Shown in pieces: positions 16,096-37,020 of a stretch of DNA of 64,000 nucleotides (positions within the stretch are counted from its first letter, which is position 1; each line of letters begins with the position of its first letter). The DNA comes from the human T2T-CHM13v2.0 reference genome, Homo sapiens: the NCBI RefSeq assembly GCF_009914755.1, contig NC_060940.1; one strand, 5' to 3'. Under the pieces are notes generated by a model. The model did no database searches and had not been told where the DNA came from. It worked only from the letters and a program-made list of their open reading frames with translations. Both the position numbers and the translations under genes were made by a program.

Positions 16096-16397
16096 TTTTT
16101 TTTGTTTTTTTGACAGGGTCTCGCTCTGTCACCCAGGCTGGAGTGCAGTGGCGTGGTCTCGGCTCACTACAGCCTCTGCTTCCTGGGTTCAAGTGATTCT
16201 CCTGCCTCAGCCTCCTGATAGCTGGGATTACAGGCGCCCACCACCACACCCAGCTAATTTATGTATTTTTAGTAGTGATAGGGTTTTGCCATGTTGGCCA
16301 GGCTGGTCGCCATGAGGCCTGGCCTCAAGTGATCTGCCCGCCTGGGTCTCCCATAGTGCTGGGATTATAGGCATGAGCCTCCCTCCACGCCTGGCCA
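16096..16397 (-). mobile_element. AluS
   Basis: Full dimer, TSD gcatgtgag(ag)tttt. Confidence 0.9.
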
Positions 16398-16649
16398 GCA
16401 TGTGAGTTTTAAGGTGTGCGAATGTTCATTCCACTCTTGCTTCTGAGGGATGTTATATGGTGAAACATGCCTTAGTTCTTCAGAAAGCAAAATATCATCA
16501 AGCTGTCTTCTCTCTTTGCATGTATTCCCTTGAATTACATAAAAGAAATTCCACAGAGAATCTCAAGTTGAAAGTCTGAGTTGCTGCCCCTAACTAAAGC
16601 AAATGAGATTTCTTATAGAGTCAAATGAGTGAGTGTTCAGTGTTCACTG

Positions 16650-16947
<298 letters not shown>

Positions 16948-17054
16948 TGTTCATTGTTATATTTGTCTATTTGAACAGAAAGAAAAGGAAGTGAATAACT
17001 ACCTTCAATGGCAGTAAGATAAGTTACTTAATGGGCTACAAAAAGGAATACCAA

Positions 17055-17415
17055 TACATGGAAGTACCAATACCTGCTACAACATGGATGGACCGTGAAA
17101 ACATTACGTTAAGCGAGAGAAGCCAGGAACAAAGGACCATATATTGTATGATTCCATTGATATGAAATGTCCAGAATAGACAAACCTACGCAGACAGAAA
17201 GTAGATTAAGGGTTGCCAGAGTCAAGGAGAAATGGGGATAGGAGTTGGGGGTGGTAGTTGCTGACAGCTAATGACAGATAAACGGTGTGGGGTTTCTTTT
17301 TGGAGTAATGAATATGTCCTAAGTTGTAGTGATGCACAATTCTGCAAATATACTAAAAGCCATTTAATTATAGACTGGCATGGGAATTATACCTAAATAA
17401 AGCTGTTTTGAAAAA
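17055..17415 (+). mobile_element. L1M (L1MB/ME-type) 3' end
   Basis: gctacaacatggatggacc...gaagccag...atattgtatgattccatt...gaaagtagatt...aataaagctgtt. Confidence 0.8.
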
Positions 17416-17421
17416 TGATAA

Positions 17422-17826
<405 letters not shown>

Positions 17827-17904
17827 TAAAGGAAAAATGTGTTTCCTGGATTCACAAAAGCATCACATAATTGGGCCATCATTTGGCCAACCTAAAGAAA
17901 GGCT

Positions 17905-18092
17905 TCAGCCTGGGCGACATGGCAAAACCCCGTCTCTACAAAAAATTTGCCGGGTGTGACGGTGTGTGCCTGTAGTCCCAGCTACTTGGGGGCTGAGGTG
18001 GGAGGTTTGCTTGAGAACGGGAGGCGGAGGTTGCCGTGAGCAGAGATCATGCCACTACACACCAGCCTGGGTGACAGAGTGAGACCCTATCT

Positions 18093-18125
<33 letters not shown>
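17905..18125 (+). mobile_element. 5'-truncated Alu with long A-tail
   Basis: Starts at cagcctgggcgacatgg; right arm complete. Confidence 0.88.
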
Positions 18126-18129
<4 letters not shown>

Positions 18130-18329
18130 GGGTTTCCCAGCACAGCAATTTATAATGATGATACTCAATAACGAGAAATGGGGCGCTGGCATTAATGAAC
18201 CTTGAGGCTGACTCTTGCTTTTTCTTCTTTGTTTTTGTAACCTTAAGGTGGTAACTCAGAAGGGTTATGTACAAGAATTCCAGTATGGTCTGGTGAGGAA
18301 TTCCAATATGGTCTGGTGCAAAAATCCCC

Positions 18330-19050
18330 CCAACTTTATAGTTTGAAAAATGTGAAACTGAAAGAAAAGTTGAAAACAGAACCACTATTTATCTAAATAC
18401 GCTTCACTTAGATTCAATTGTTAACATTTTGCCACATATAACTTTTCTTTCTATATATAGATTTACTTTTTTGTGGCCGTGTGGAGCCATTGCATCATTT
18501 CACCTCTACATACCTTTAGCATGTATCTCCCAAGGACACTTTCCAACATACACCCAAGAAATTTAACATTGATATAATGACACAATATACAGTCCAATAT
18601 AAAGTCCAGGTTCAAATTTCCTTCAACACACCTCCCAAAATGGCCTCGTTAGTTGCTCCCCATTCTCTCTCAAAATGCATCACATTTCAAAGTTTCTTTA
18701 GTCTCCTTTAATCTTGTAATCTAGCAGTCTCTTGCCTTTGGTTTTGTTGTTTTGATTTTTGGTCTTCAGTGTCTTGTTAATTTTTAAGAGTCCAGTCTGG
18801 TTGACCTATAGAATGTTGCTCATTGGATTTATCTGTTTCCTATGACTAGATTCAGGTTAAATATTTTTGCTGAGGATGCTAAATAGATGAGGTTGGGCAC
18901 TTCTTACTGCACCATCATCAGAGGCACTAGTGTCAGGTCAGCCCATCCTGGCGATGCCAAGCGTGATCCCTTGGGTAAGGTTGTGACGGCCAGAACTCTC
19001 ACTTGTAAAGGTACATTTTCCCTCTGTAATTAATTTGTAATTCATGTATA
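18330..19050 (-). mobile_element. Old L1M (L1MC/ME-type) 3' region fragments
   Basis: caattgttaacattttgccacat, gatttatctgtttcctatgactagattcaggttaaatatttttg. Confidence 0.6.
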
Positions 19051-19183
19051 ATATGTGAGATAATACTCTCAGGAAGTTCAGAAAGTTGACCGCTTCTTAT
19101 TTCTTATGCCTCACTCTATAACGTCTTCGGCTACGTCTACAGACAGACTAGGGTGAATTAATAGTAAAGAATCCTATTTGAAA

Positions 19184-19359
19184 GGCCAGGCAGTGTGCTG
19201 GCTCACGCCTATAATTCAAGCACTTTGGGAGGCCAGGGAGGGAGGATCGCTTACGCCTAGGAGTTCAAGACTGTAGTAAGCTGTTATCGTGCCACTGCAC
19301 TCCAGCCTGGGTTGACAGGATGAGACCCTGTCTAAAAAAAAAAAAAAAAAAAAAAAAAA
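19184..19359 (+). mobile_element. Alu monomer (left-arm start, right-arm end)
   Basis: cagcactttgggaggc start joined to gccactgcactccagcctggg end; TSD tcctatttgaa. Confidence 0.85.
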
Positions 19360-19451
19360 GTCCTATTTGAAGGACAAAAATACAAATATTCAGGAAATCC
19401 CCAAAGGAGAGTAAAGCTCTAGCTGTAAAAAAGTCTTTAAAAAGTAAAAGA

Positions 19452-19800
<349 letters not shown>

Positions 19801-20592
19801 TTAACTAGAGAAAAGGCAAAAGGCTATGGGATCTTCAGCAGAGTCCTAGATTGGACAGGCAAGTGGCGAGGGCAGAGGCCTCTCTGGCCAACATGGAGGC
19901 CCTCGCCTAGATGAGTGGAGACTTCTCAAGGCCTGGTGCCTGGTACGCATGAGGGTTAAATGACACGAAGTCAGCAGCAAAGAAAACCTCTTCTGACCTG
20001 CCGCCAGACCTCTAAGGAAATGATACTTCTGAATTTCCCTTCCCCTTTGTCCACTCAAATGTGGTTTCATCTCCTCCCTGGGAAAGAGATAATGCTGCAG
20101 CCCTTCCCGCCTCTGCTCTAGCAATTTCCTTCTTTGAACCACTCCCATGGTGGGGGAGTCCTGGCAAAGCAGAGAAGGACACGCCACCATTTCACAGCAG
20201 TGTGGGAGTAAAGAAGGCCAGGGGGCTCTCCAAGGAGGAAATGTTGAGTGTAATGGAAACTAGATTCTGCCTGGGGAGGAGATGCTTTGCCCCTGAGGTG
20301 CGAACTGCTGTTGCTTTAATTTGTATGATTAGACACAGCTGGGGAGAATAATTTATTGACCAATACAAACAGACAATTTACATTTCTGAGACACAATTTT
20401 AAAGGAATTATTAAATACAGCTTCTAACAAAGACCATAATGACAACTTTATGCAGAACCCTGGGAGCTCAACAGAGGAAGACACAGCTTATTTTCCAGAT
20501 ACTGGTTCCATATGGCCTCCCACCAGTCACAGCCGCAGAGGCCAAGAAAAGCTGAGGCAGAGTCAGCATCTGGCATTAAAAGTCAATGACCT

Positions 20593-20920
<328 letters not shown>

Positions 20921-21143
20921 TCAATGACCCTTCTCAAGGAGAACTGTGCTCTGCTGTGACTGTGACTGGTCTGTGCTGGTCTGACGGCTGGAGCCACACA
21001 CTCTCATGAACATTCCCCTGATCGTTCCCATCAGGGACAACATGGCCAGGCAAATAGCACATCTCGCCAACTAAGTCAACAGGACAAAGCACTGGGCAGA
21101 AGATCAATATGCCTCAGTGGTGTGTTGTTTGGCTGACTGTTGA

Positions 21144-21508
<365 letters not shown>

Positions 21509-21811
21509 TCAGCTTTCTTTTTTCTCCCAGGGATGCATGTCTCTGTCTCTTCATAAAAAAATCTGAGGATATTAACATAAATTTTAAATTCTTGGGCACC
21601 TCTCAGGTTGAGACTAGGCTAAAGTTTTGGGATACAGGGGTGTCCTCAGTCAAATCAGAAATAATTCCTTACATCATAGACACCTCTCTTAAAACAAGTC
21701 ATGCCTGCCCCTTTCTAGAAATGAGAAGGCACATTAAGCACATAGCTTTAAATGAAACTCATAGGAGCCGAACACATTTTGCAAAATTACTCCCTCTCAA
21801 TACCAAACTTA

Positions 21812-22106
<295 letters not shown>

Positions 22107-23747
22107 CCAAACTTCTAACTGCTACTAAATAAGCATGCAAAATTCCAAATGAGGAGGAGATAGACATTGGACACAGCTGTGATCCTTGACACCTCAAAGT
22201 TACATCTGGGGTTGGGGGGGAACGTGCTTTATGGTCGTTGCATTACACGAGACTGAAGTGGTGAAGGTCATTTTTCAGCACTTAGCGCTCCTGCTAGGGT
22301 CCTGACTCCCAAATCTACTTTCTCAGTGGCATCCGCAACATCGTTTGCTCACTCAGTTGCCAGGGTAGCAGCTCTGGCCTCCTAGAGGCCACAATTCTAC
22401 TAATATCAATGGGAAAACTTAATGAGGCTCAGATCCCAACCTGCCCCTCTTCCTCCAGAGGCAGCTTCCACTTCTCCTCACAAAGCTGGGATATGGCATC
22501 ATCAGCGTTCCCCCTGTGGTGCCACCCCTCACAACCCAGGATTTAAAGAGCCCTTAGGAAGCAATCATCTATACAAGGGTGATCACAAGAATGGGGTTAC
22601 TTAAGCATGAGCCCTAAGTGTCACTTTGCTAAGGCAATACAATGGATTTCAACAAAGAAATATTCGTTTCCACGTAGTTTGATACTGAAAGCAGAAAACT
22701 TTCTTTTTACTGCATGCAGGAAATGGTTTTCATAGAGGCTAACCACAGCTGAGCCATCTGTAAACCACAACATTGTTTCTCTTTAACAAATGGAAGATTT
22801 TTACCCACGGTATCACTGACCATCAAAAAGAATTCCCATCCTCCATCTCTAGAGCAAGAGAAAACGGTAAGTAGAGTTTCTTTCCTTAATCTGCTAGCCA
22901 GGGGTTGCTAAAACAGCCTTTTCATTCAGAAATGTAGTTTGTCCTCCAAGGTTCATCCCATCCCTACTGCTAGGAGATGTATGAACCCTTAAACAAGTCC
23001 AGTTTCTTTGCATTCTGAGACCCCCTCGGAGCATGCGCTTTTATGTGACCATGACTCACACTGGGTCATAATGTAAAACGTGTAACTATGACTGAAGGCC
23101 AAAAAGTTTGAAAAAGATGCTTTAGCGTTAACTGGCTGGCAAACGAAGAAGGTCTGCTGAAACAAAGTTGGCTGCTCTGCCAACAGATTGTTTGAAGGAA
23201 AACTAGTTAAAAAAAAAAAGAAAAAAATCAAGTGCAATCAACTAAAGTAGGGCAGACCCTTCCATTCTTTGATTTTTCCCTGTGTATTAGCCATTTGCTT
23301 TGGGAAACTTGGCATCACGATCTCCCTGCTGTGAGAGCAAGGCCTCTGACCCAGGGCTCCTCACCCCAGACTGTGAGAGTGTGTGATTGACACCCTCTCC
23401 TGGGGGACGAGTGGCTTTGCTATGGCCTTCCAGTCACCGTGAGGCTCAGCTGGTGACTCTGCAAGGATTGCATGAGTGTGTTCATTGTTCTCACTGTTCA
23501 GATGAAGGAAAGGGGCTCAGAATATGGGACATTGATGGTCTCATGTGAATTAAACAACTGAAATGAGGGGGACTCATGCAAATAAAAGAACAAAATCCAA
23601 AAACATGACCTGAGTCACACCAAGGAATAGTTTCCCTCTAAGAATGAAGAGAAACAAGAACCCAAATATAAGCTACTAAATGTACTTGTACTCTGGAAGA
23701 ATGCTGGAAAATCTGATGACTTACTATTTCTTATTCTCAGCTAGTAT

Positions 23748-24032
23748 TTTTTTTTTAAGAGATGGGATCTTGCTGGTTTTGAACTCCTGGGCTCAAGTGA
23801 ACCTCCTGCCTCAGCTTCCTGAGTAGCTGGGAGTCATAGGCACACGCCATCATGCCTTGCTCAGCTAACAGCTAATACTTTAATATTTTAATAAATTATT
23901 ATTATTATTTTTACAAGACAAGATCTCACTATGTTGTTCAGCCTGATCCTGAACTCCTGGGCTGAAGGGATCCTCCTACCTCGGCATTCCAAAGTGCTGG
24001 AATTACAGGCGTGAGCCACAGTGCCCAGCCTG
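23748..24032 (-). mobile_element. Two old Alu monomers/fragments
   Basis: FLAM/AluJ-like arms separated by an AT-rich spacer. Confidence 0.75.
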
Positions 24033-24044
24033 GCTAATACTTTT

Positions 24045-24270
24045 TATAATAGCTTTACTGAGATGTAATCCACATTCTAAAGATTTCACCTATTTAAAAT
24101 GGTACAACTCAGTGGTTTTTAGTATATCCATTACCACAATCTCATTTTAGAAAATTGCCACTCCTGCCAAAAAGCCCCTTATATCCAGTAGCAGTTACTC
24201 TTCATTCCCCTCACCAGCTCTTGGCAACTACTAATCTACTTTCTGCCTCAACAGATTTACCTATCTCTCA
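24045..24270 (-). mobile_element. L1MB-type 3' end fragment
   Basis: atagctttactgagatgtaat...ggcaactactaatctactttctg. Confidence 0.7.
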
Positions 24271-24285
24271 GGTAATACTTTAAAC

Positions 24286-24477
24286 CAAGCTTGTCCAACC
24301 TGCCTTATTCTGTTATTGTTTTGTTTTGTTTTGGGCTTTTACCAGCCTGAAGCCATGTTTTTCAGTTTCTGCCTCTAGTGATAAGCGGAAAAGAGGGGTG
24401 AGGAAGGGGCTTTATGGGCCCAACCAGAAACAGAAACTAAGAACTCATGACTGTATTCTCTCCCTTGGACACCCCTG
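24286..24477. mobile_element. MER30B/MER107-type hAT-Charlie MITE
   Basis: Ends caagcttgtccaa ... ttggacacccctg with a perfect 8-bp TSD ctttaaac (24278-85 and 24478-85). Confidence 0.85.
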
Positions 24478-24563
24478 CTTTAAACCATAAATTTAAGATT
24501 ATATATAAGCATCCAGAAGAAACAACACATCTCTCAGTTGGTATCTATCACAGCCTCCTATAG

Positions 24564-24889
<326 letters not shown>

Positions 24890-25379
24890 TATTAAACTTT
24901 CCTAATTTGTTTTCTACATGATGGTCATGCATACATTTTGTAAGAAGAATCAGAAATCTAGTCTTTACACAGGAATATTAGAATATCTGGGCATTGCTTG
25001 TAAAGTGAAGTCCCAGATATCACCAACACTATTTCGGATCTGTGTTTTTAAAGCACTTGGGTACAGTGGCTTTGCAGTCAGTGTAGAAACCTGTCCCTCC
25101 CACTTAATAAATTTTTATTTATAGTCATGTGTTGCTTATGTTCTGAGAAATGTGTTAGGTGATTTCATTGTTGTGCCCAACATCACAGAGTGTACTTACA
25201 CAAACCTAGATAGTATAGCCTACTACAGGCTTACATTGTGTGGTAAAGTTTATTGCTCCTAGGCTACAAATCTGTATAGCATGTTACTGTACTAAGTACT
25301 GTAGGCAACTGTAACAGAATGGTAAGCATCTATGTCTAAACACATCTAGACCTAGAAAAGGTACAGTAAAAATATGGTA

Positions 25380-25599
25380 CAGTTGAGCATCCTAAACCCA
25401 AAAATCTGAAATCTAAAATGTTCCAAAATCCAAAATATTTTGAGCACTGACATGACACTCAAAGGAGCATTTCGAATTTTGAATTTCCAGATTTGGGGTG
25501 CTCAACCACTAAGTAGAATACAAATATTAAAAAAAAAAAAAATCCCAAATCGGAAACACTTCTGGTCCCATGCATTTTGGGTAAGGGATACTTAACCTG
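25380..25599. mobile_element. Tigger4a-like MITE nested in Tigger3
   Basis: ta|cagttgagcatcc ... gggatacttaacctg; same family as 658-1014. Confidence 0.82.
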
Positions 25600-26264
25600 T
25601 GTATAAAAGATAAAAAAAGGTACAGCTGTATAGGAAGTTTACCATGAATGGTGGAACCCGCAGGACTGGAAGTTGCTCTGGGTGAGTCAGTGAGTGAGTG
25701 GTGAGTGAATGTGAAGGCCAAGGACATTACTGCACACTACTGTGGATTTTATAACCACTGTACACTTAGGCTACAATACATTTATTTAGAAAATTTTTTT
25801 TTCTTCAATAAAAATTTAACCTTAGCTTACTGTAACTTTATAAACTTTTTAATCTTTTAAAACTTTTTGACTGTTTTTTAGTAATGCTTAGCTTAAAACA
25901 TAGCACAGCTGTAGAAAAACTTTCTTTATACCCTGTTTCTGTAAGGTTTTTTTCTATTTTAAAATGTTTTCACTGTTTTTACTTTTTAACGTTAAAAAAA
26001 AAAAAACTAAGACAAACACACACATTAGTCCAGGCCTACACAGGGTCAGGATCATCAATATCACTGTCTTTGACTTCCTTATTTTGTCCCATTGGAAAGT
26101 CTTCAAGAGCAACGTGTCTGGAGCTGCCATCTCCTATGACAACAATGCTTTCTTATGGAATCCTTCCTGAAGGACCTGCCTGAGGCTGTTTTACTTAACT
26201 TTTTTTTTTTTTTTAACAAGTAGAAGGAATACACTCTAAAATAACAATTTAAAGTATACTATAG

Positions 26265-26598
<334 letters not shown>

Positions 26599-26689
26599 TT
26601 ATTCTCTTTTATATGACTGGCAGCATGGTAGGTTTGTTTACACCAGCATCACTGTGAACACACGAGTGGTGTGTGACTGTATTTATTTT

Positions 26690-27150
26690 TACTCTGGGCA
26701 AGTTAATTTCTCTGAGTCTCAAGTAAGTAACCAATTAGTAAAATGAAGATAATAAGAACTACCTTGCAGGGTAATGATTAAATGAGATATTCATCAACTC
26801 AGCCCTTATCGTTGAGTGCCTTCAGTGTGCCAGACTCTTTTTTGGCCACTGGAGATAGACAGATTTCTTACCCTCATTTAATTTATTCACAAGATAAAGA
26901 TACACAAACAAGCAATTACATTAGGAGAAAACCATTACACAGGAAGTGCAGTAGAGCATAAGAGTCTGAGATGGGGAAAGCTATAGAGAGGGTGGGGGAG
27001 GTGTCTGAGAGTTGAAGGATGAGAAAGAATTTGCCAGGGGGACGAGCTGGGATAGAGAAGTCCACAACGAGGCAATAGGCACTGAGATGTGTGTGAATGC
27101 ACTTAGCATAATGCCTGGTGCACAGCAGATCATCAATACCTCCTGTTGTC
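26690..27150. mobile_element. MIR split by an L2 fragment
   Basis: ctgggcaagttaatttctctgagtctc...aaatgagat (MIR); gagtgcc...gtgccagac (L2); gcacttagcataatgcctgg (MIR end). Confidence 0.55.
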
Positions 27151-27226
27151 CTCACTCTTATCCTCTTGTGTTATGAAAAAAACTCACTCTAGAATCCAGA
27201 AAGAAATTTTAAAAATTGTTGTTGCT

Positions 27227-27530
<304 letters not shown>

Positions 27531-27789
27531 TTGCTGCTGCTAGGAAAGATTAGTGGAGCTGGGACTCAGAAGTTGCTTGTTCTTTTTTCGAGGCTAAGTC
27601 ATCTTTGGCAGCAAAGTGTATTTTAAATTTTGGCGGTTTCTTTCCCCACAAACTTTTGATTTTGAGAAATTTCAAGCCAAGAAACGTTGGTCTCCTTTAA
27701 TTTAGAACAGTCCCCTTACCTGTAGAATGGCCTGCTCTTTGGAATTGTCTGATTGTTAATTTGAGCTTCTTTGATGGCATCTGGGAGTC

Positions 27790-28482
27790 TTCTAGCATGG
27801 AAAGTCCTTGGACTTTTCTCCATCTATACCCACTCTTTGGGTGACTGCATCCAGTCCCAAGGCTTAAATACTATTTGTATGCCTATGACCCCCAAATGTC
27901 TTACCTTCAGCCCAGACTCTAACTCCAGCTTTATATACCCAACAGCCTTGAGGGCCCTAGTCTGCTCTGCCTATAGCCTTGCACATCTTAGTTGTGGGGG
28001 ACAACATCTGTCCAGTCCTTACCTCCCAGACTTCCTCTCCTAGCACAGCCCCTTGTATAGTCCCCTTCAGGCATGCATCTACCTTAGAGGCCTTGCCTCA
28101 AGCTATTCCTTCTGCCCAACGACTGTGCCCAGTTATCCCCTTGACTAACTTCCTGACCTCTTTCAAGTCTGGTCAAATCTCCATTTCTCAATGAGGCTTA
28201 TGCTGATCATCCTATTTAATACTGCAAGCTTCCTCTTCATCCCACATACCTGGTCCTCCTCCCTTCCTCTGATTGTCTTTTCTCTATCACACTTAGCATT
28301 TTCTAATGTATCCCATAATTTATTTGTTATGTTTATTCTTTTACTGTCTATTTCTCTGCTGTAGTGGAAACTCCACAAGGGCTGGAACGAATGTCTATTT
28401 TGTTCACTGATATAACCTAAGCACCCGGCAGGGTGCCTGGCACTTGGTAGGCACTCAAAAAATATTTGTTGAAAGAATGTAT
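27790..28482 (+). mobile_element. L2a 3' portion
   Basis: Ends gtgcctggcacttggtaggcactcaaaaaatatttgttgaaagaatg, the canonical L2a tail. Confidence 0.8.
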
Positions 28483-29434
28483 GGATCTTGGGAAACCATA
28501 TCAATGTCATACATTATAAATCCCAGTGAAGTGATACTGATTAAAGTAACAACTCTGCATTGGCTAACCTCTTAGTTGCTACTCAAGCTAGCTAGGTTTT
28601 CTACAGGGGAACTAAGTACTTCAGAGCAAGCACAGGGAACCATTTATTAATTGCAACAGACATTCTTGAATGGCTGTCAATAGCCTGGAAATTGTCCTAG
28701 GCTGGCTTAGGCACCTCTCATGAGAGCCTGCAGAACGTTCAATAATCTTGTCATTAATCTGAGGTACAGGGTTTAAGATATCTTAGTTGACAAACAAATA
28801 AGGGACAGAATTAAGGAGAAGTCTGGATAAATTTTTTCTTTGCTCTTTGTTTTTTGGTCCATGAAAACAGAATTTTGTGGAAAAGTGATATTGGAGTCAT
28901 TTTATGTGAAAATGAAGCTCTATAACAACCAAGTCAGGGGACCTAATGAAAGACTTTTGTGTGCCAGATGAGTTTTTCCCCTTGACACTGGCGACACTGC
29001 AGCCGGGTTGCTTTTGTTTGTTTGGTTTTGGAGGGCTAGTTTTAAAGTCATGTACACTACTACGTTATGAGCCAGGAGCAACGCCTTAGTCCACTCTGGA
29101 AGCTAAAAACCAACACTGAATGGACATAATTGGAGCAATTATCTCACTCAATACTCAGTCAACTGAACAACTCCTCGTCAGAATCTGCCAGAAAGAATTA
29201 ATTTAGGTGTACAAATTTGCTACAGGCAGCAAGCTAAGCTGCAGAAAAGATGGCCACTCCCTAAAGCTCTCACATCCTGCCATGGCAAGGTAAGAGAATT
29301 ATGCAGACACAAACTTCCTCTCTCGTTCAGTGGTCTGAGCTGGGGAGCACAGTGAACAGGTAAGGTGGCTAACAACAGCTAGAAAAAGACACAAAAAGGA
29401 ACTGGTGCTTCTTACTGCTGGGGACCGTGGTGCC

Positions 29435-32054
<2,620 letters not shown>

Positions 32055-32273
32055 CAAGCACAGAATTTTACAATATGGACAAAAATACCAAAAGAAACAG
32101 CTAAGAGTTTAAAGTGATTGCCCCTGGCAAGTGGACCCAGGACTGAGTCAGGCAATTGTACAGTACATTCTGACTTTTCAAATTATGCATCCGTGTGACT
32201 TTGATGTTAAAAAAAAAATCCGTGATAACCAGTTTGGCTTAATTGATCTTAGTCTCTTGGCTGCTACTGCTTC

Positions 32274-32380
32274 TTTTTTTAAGAGACAAGGTCTCACTGT
32301 AATCAGGCTGGAGTGCAGTGGCATGATCATAACTCATGGCAGCCTTGAACACCTGAGCTCAAGCAATCCTCCTGCCTCAT
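32274..32380 (-). mobile_element. Alu right-arm fragment
   Basis: gagacaaggtctcact...caggctggagtgcagtggc. Confidence 0.75.
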
Positions 32381-32746
32381 TGGCTTTCCTAATTTTGAAC
32401 ATGTGCTGTTTTATCTCTGCTACTGTTGTCACTTAACATGTTTCTTGTTTATTCCTAATAAAGACTGTCTACATGTGCAATCCTTTTTATAACATCAAAG
32501 TACCTGAAGAGAGTTGTATTTGATAGCACCCTATGTATAGGTCATTTATCAATTTGTTTTAATGAATTTATCCACTCAAAATGTCTTACATTCTTACTCA
32601 GTGCTAGCAACCATGCTGATGCTAGGGATACAGAAGAGTAAGCATGGTTCCTGTTCTTGGGGAGCTATGGCCCCTGACAGTGCCTGATAAATACCAAGAA
32701 TGAATTCCTCTTTCCTCCTCCTCCCTCAAACACCTGTTATATTTTT

Positions 32747-32905
32747 TAGTGTTTTTCAGTGCTAAGAACCACGTGCTTTAGAATCCCCAGAGGTTATTAG
32801 AAATGCAAACTCTAGGGTTACTTCCCTGACCCCAAGATTCTCAGGGAACAGAGTCCCAATATTTGCATTTCACTAGCAGCGCACTAAGGGTTGAAGGCCA
32901 CTGCT
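32747..32905. mobile_element. MER5A-like MITE
   Basis: ttagaaatgcaaactctaggg...ttgaaggccactg. Confidence 0.55.
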
Positions 32906-33054
32906 GTAGCGAAAGCTCCTGATATTCCTCAATGACCCACATGACTACTTCAGTAATTATCCACACATTATGGCTTGGAGATAAACTGAAATGGGCAAGG
33001 CTGTGGACTCAATTTAGGTCAGCTGGACCTAGTCATTAAGACAGCCTGAGGCTA

Positions 33055-33473
<419 letters not shown>

Positions 33474-34009
33474 TCAATTTATTGCTCTTTTCCATTGGAA
33501 AAGCTATGCAGAATCATATTTATTTCTTGGTAATTCTGTATGCTAAGTAGACTATAAAGAGTTTACAAGTCTTGTAAGATGAGAATGTCTTTCATTTTAC
33601 TAATTATCAAGTTCCATTGTACATCCCCAAGTACACTGAGTCCAAGTAGCACAATTTGCTATTATTCTGAAGGCTGCCTCTGAGGCAGACAGGCCAGTCC
33701 TTATGATAAAATGAAGCAAATTCCAATTATTAAAAAAAAAAAAAAAAACAAACCACAAAGTGGGCCTTATTCACCAGGGCTACCTCAATGGGCAATGGGA
33801 CTTATTTCATAGCTATTCAGGACAGGCCTCCTCTGCCACAAGGCTCTGCTTGCCTCTGCACCTGCCCTGTTCCAGTGGGGGCCAAATGCAGTTTGTGTCC
33901 CTCTCTCCACATCAGAATTCGTGCAATGACAGCAGGGGAGAAGGATGAGCAGCCAATGGCTCAGTCATTTTCATCTTTCCCAGGGTCCTCTCCTCCCTTT
34001 ACTTGGCAT

Positions 34010-35490
<1,481 letters not shown>

Positions 35491-35516
35491 TCAGTTCTAT
35501 ATATATTTATATATAA

Positions 35517-36245
<729 letters not shown>

Positions 36246-36979
36246 TTATTTGCATGGCTACTAAGTCAACAAAAAAGGAAAAAAGTAGTAATGTTACAGA
36301 TTTGAAGAAAGAAAATGATCAGCATTTCTTCTTTATTTGCTTTTAGAAGCCAATTCTCTATCTTAGCAAATGTAGAACCATTATACTTATTGCAGGCTAA
36401 ATTTTAAAAGACAAAAATATTTGATGGATGCCCCTTTCAGATATATGCTGTTCTGCTGAGCCAACGCTGATCCCAGGAAATGGCTCTGTCAAATGAGAAT
36501 TAGGAAGGGAAGTCCTGAAATGCCACAGACTGTCATCAAACCAGAAAGTTGTTACTGTTTTTTTGAAATAGAGGGAAGTAAAAAAAGATGAAGAAAGGAA
36601 GTCTTTAAAGCCTTTCATACCACATTCTGGTTTTTAAGACAGCCCATTACTTTTTTTGCTCTCTCCACAAGCGATTCAAAAATAAGGAAGGAAGTTATGG
36701 TGGTTAGAGCAAGGCGTGAAGATGCCAAGACTTCTGGGCTGCCCCCACCCTGGATAAATCAATCCTTCACATTTTCTACTTCAGTGACTGAGACACAGAG
36801 AGACCAATTTAACTCTGTGAGAGGCTGTGAGCATTATTAATCATGAATGTTCTGCCAGAGCCTCTGTGCAACAGAGGTATGGAAATACCAGCTACCTCAA
36901 GATCATCTTCAAGGGCCAATCATTGCCAGCCCCACCCACTCTCACACATCCAAGACTTGACTTGCCTCCTCCTCGCAGC

Positions 36980-37020
36980 ACCCTAACCCTAACCCTAACC
37001 CTAACCCTAACCCTAACCCT
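36980..37020 (-). repeat. Interstitial telomeric sequence, A(CCCTAA)6CCCT
   Basis: Perfect vertebrate telomere hexamers flanked on both sides by GCAGC. Confidence 0.97.
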
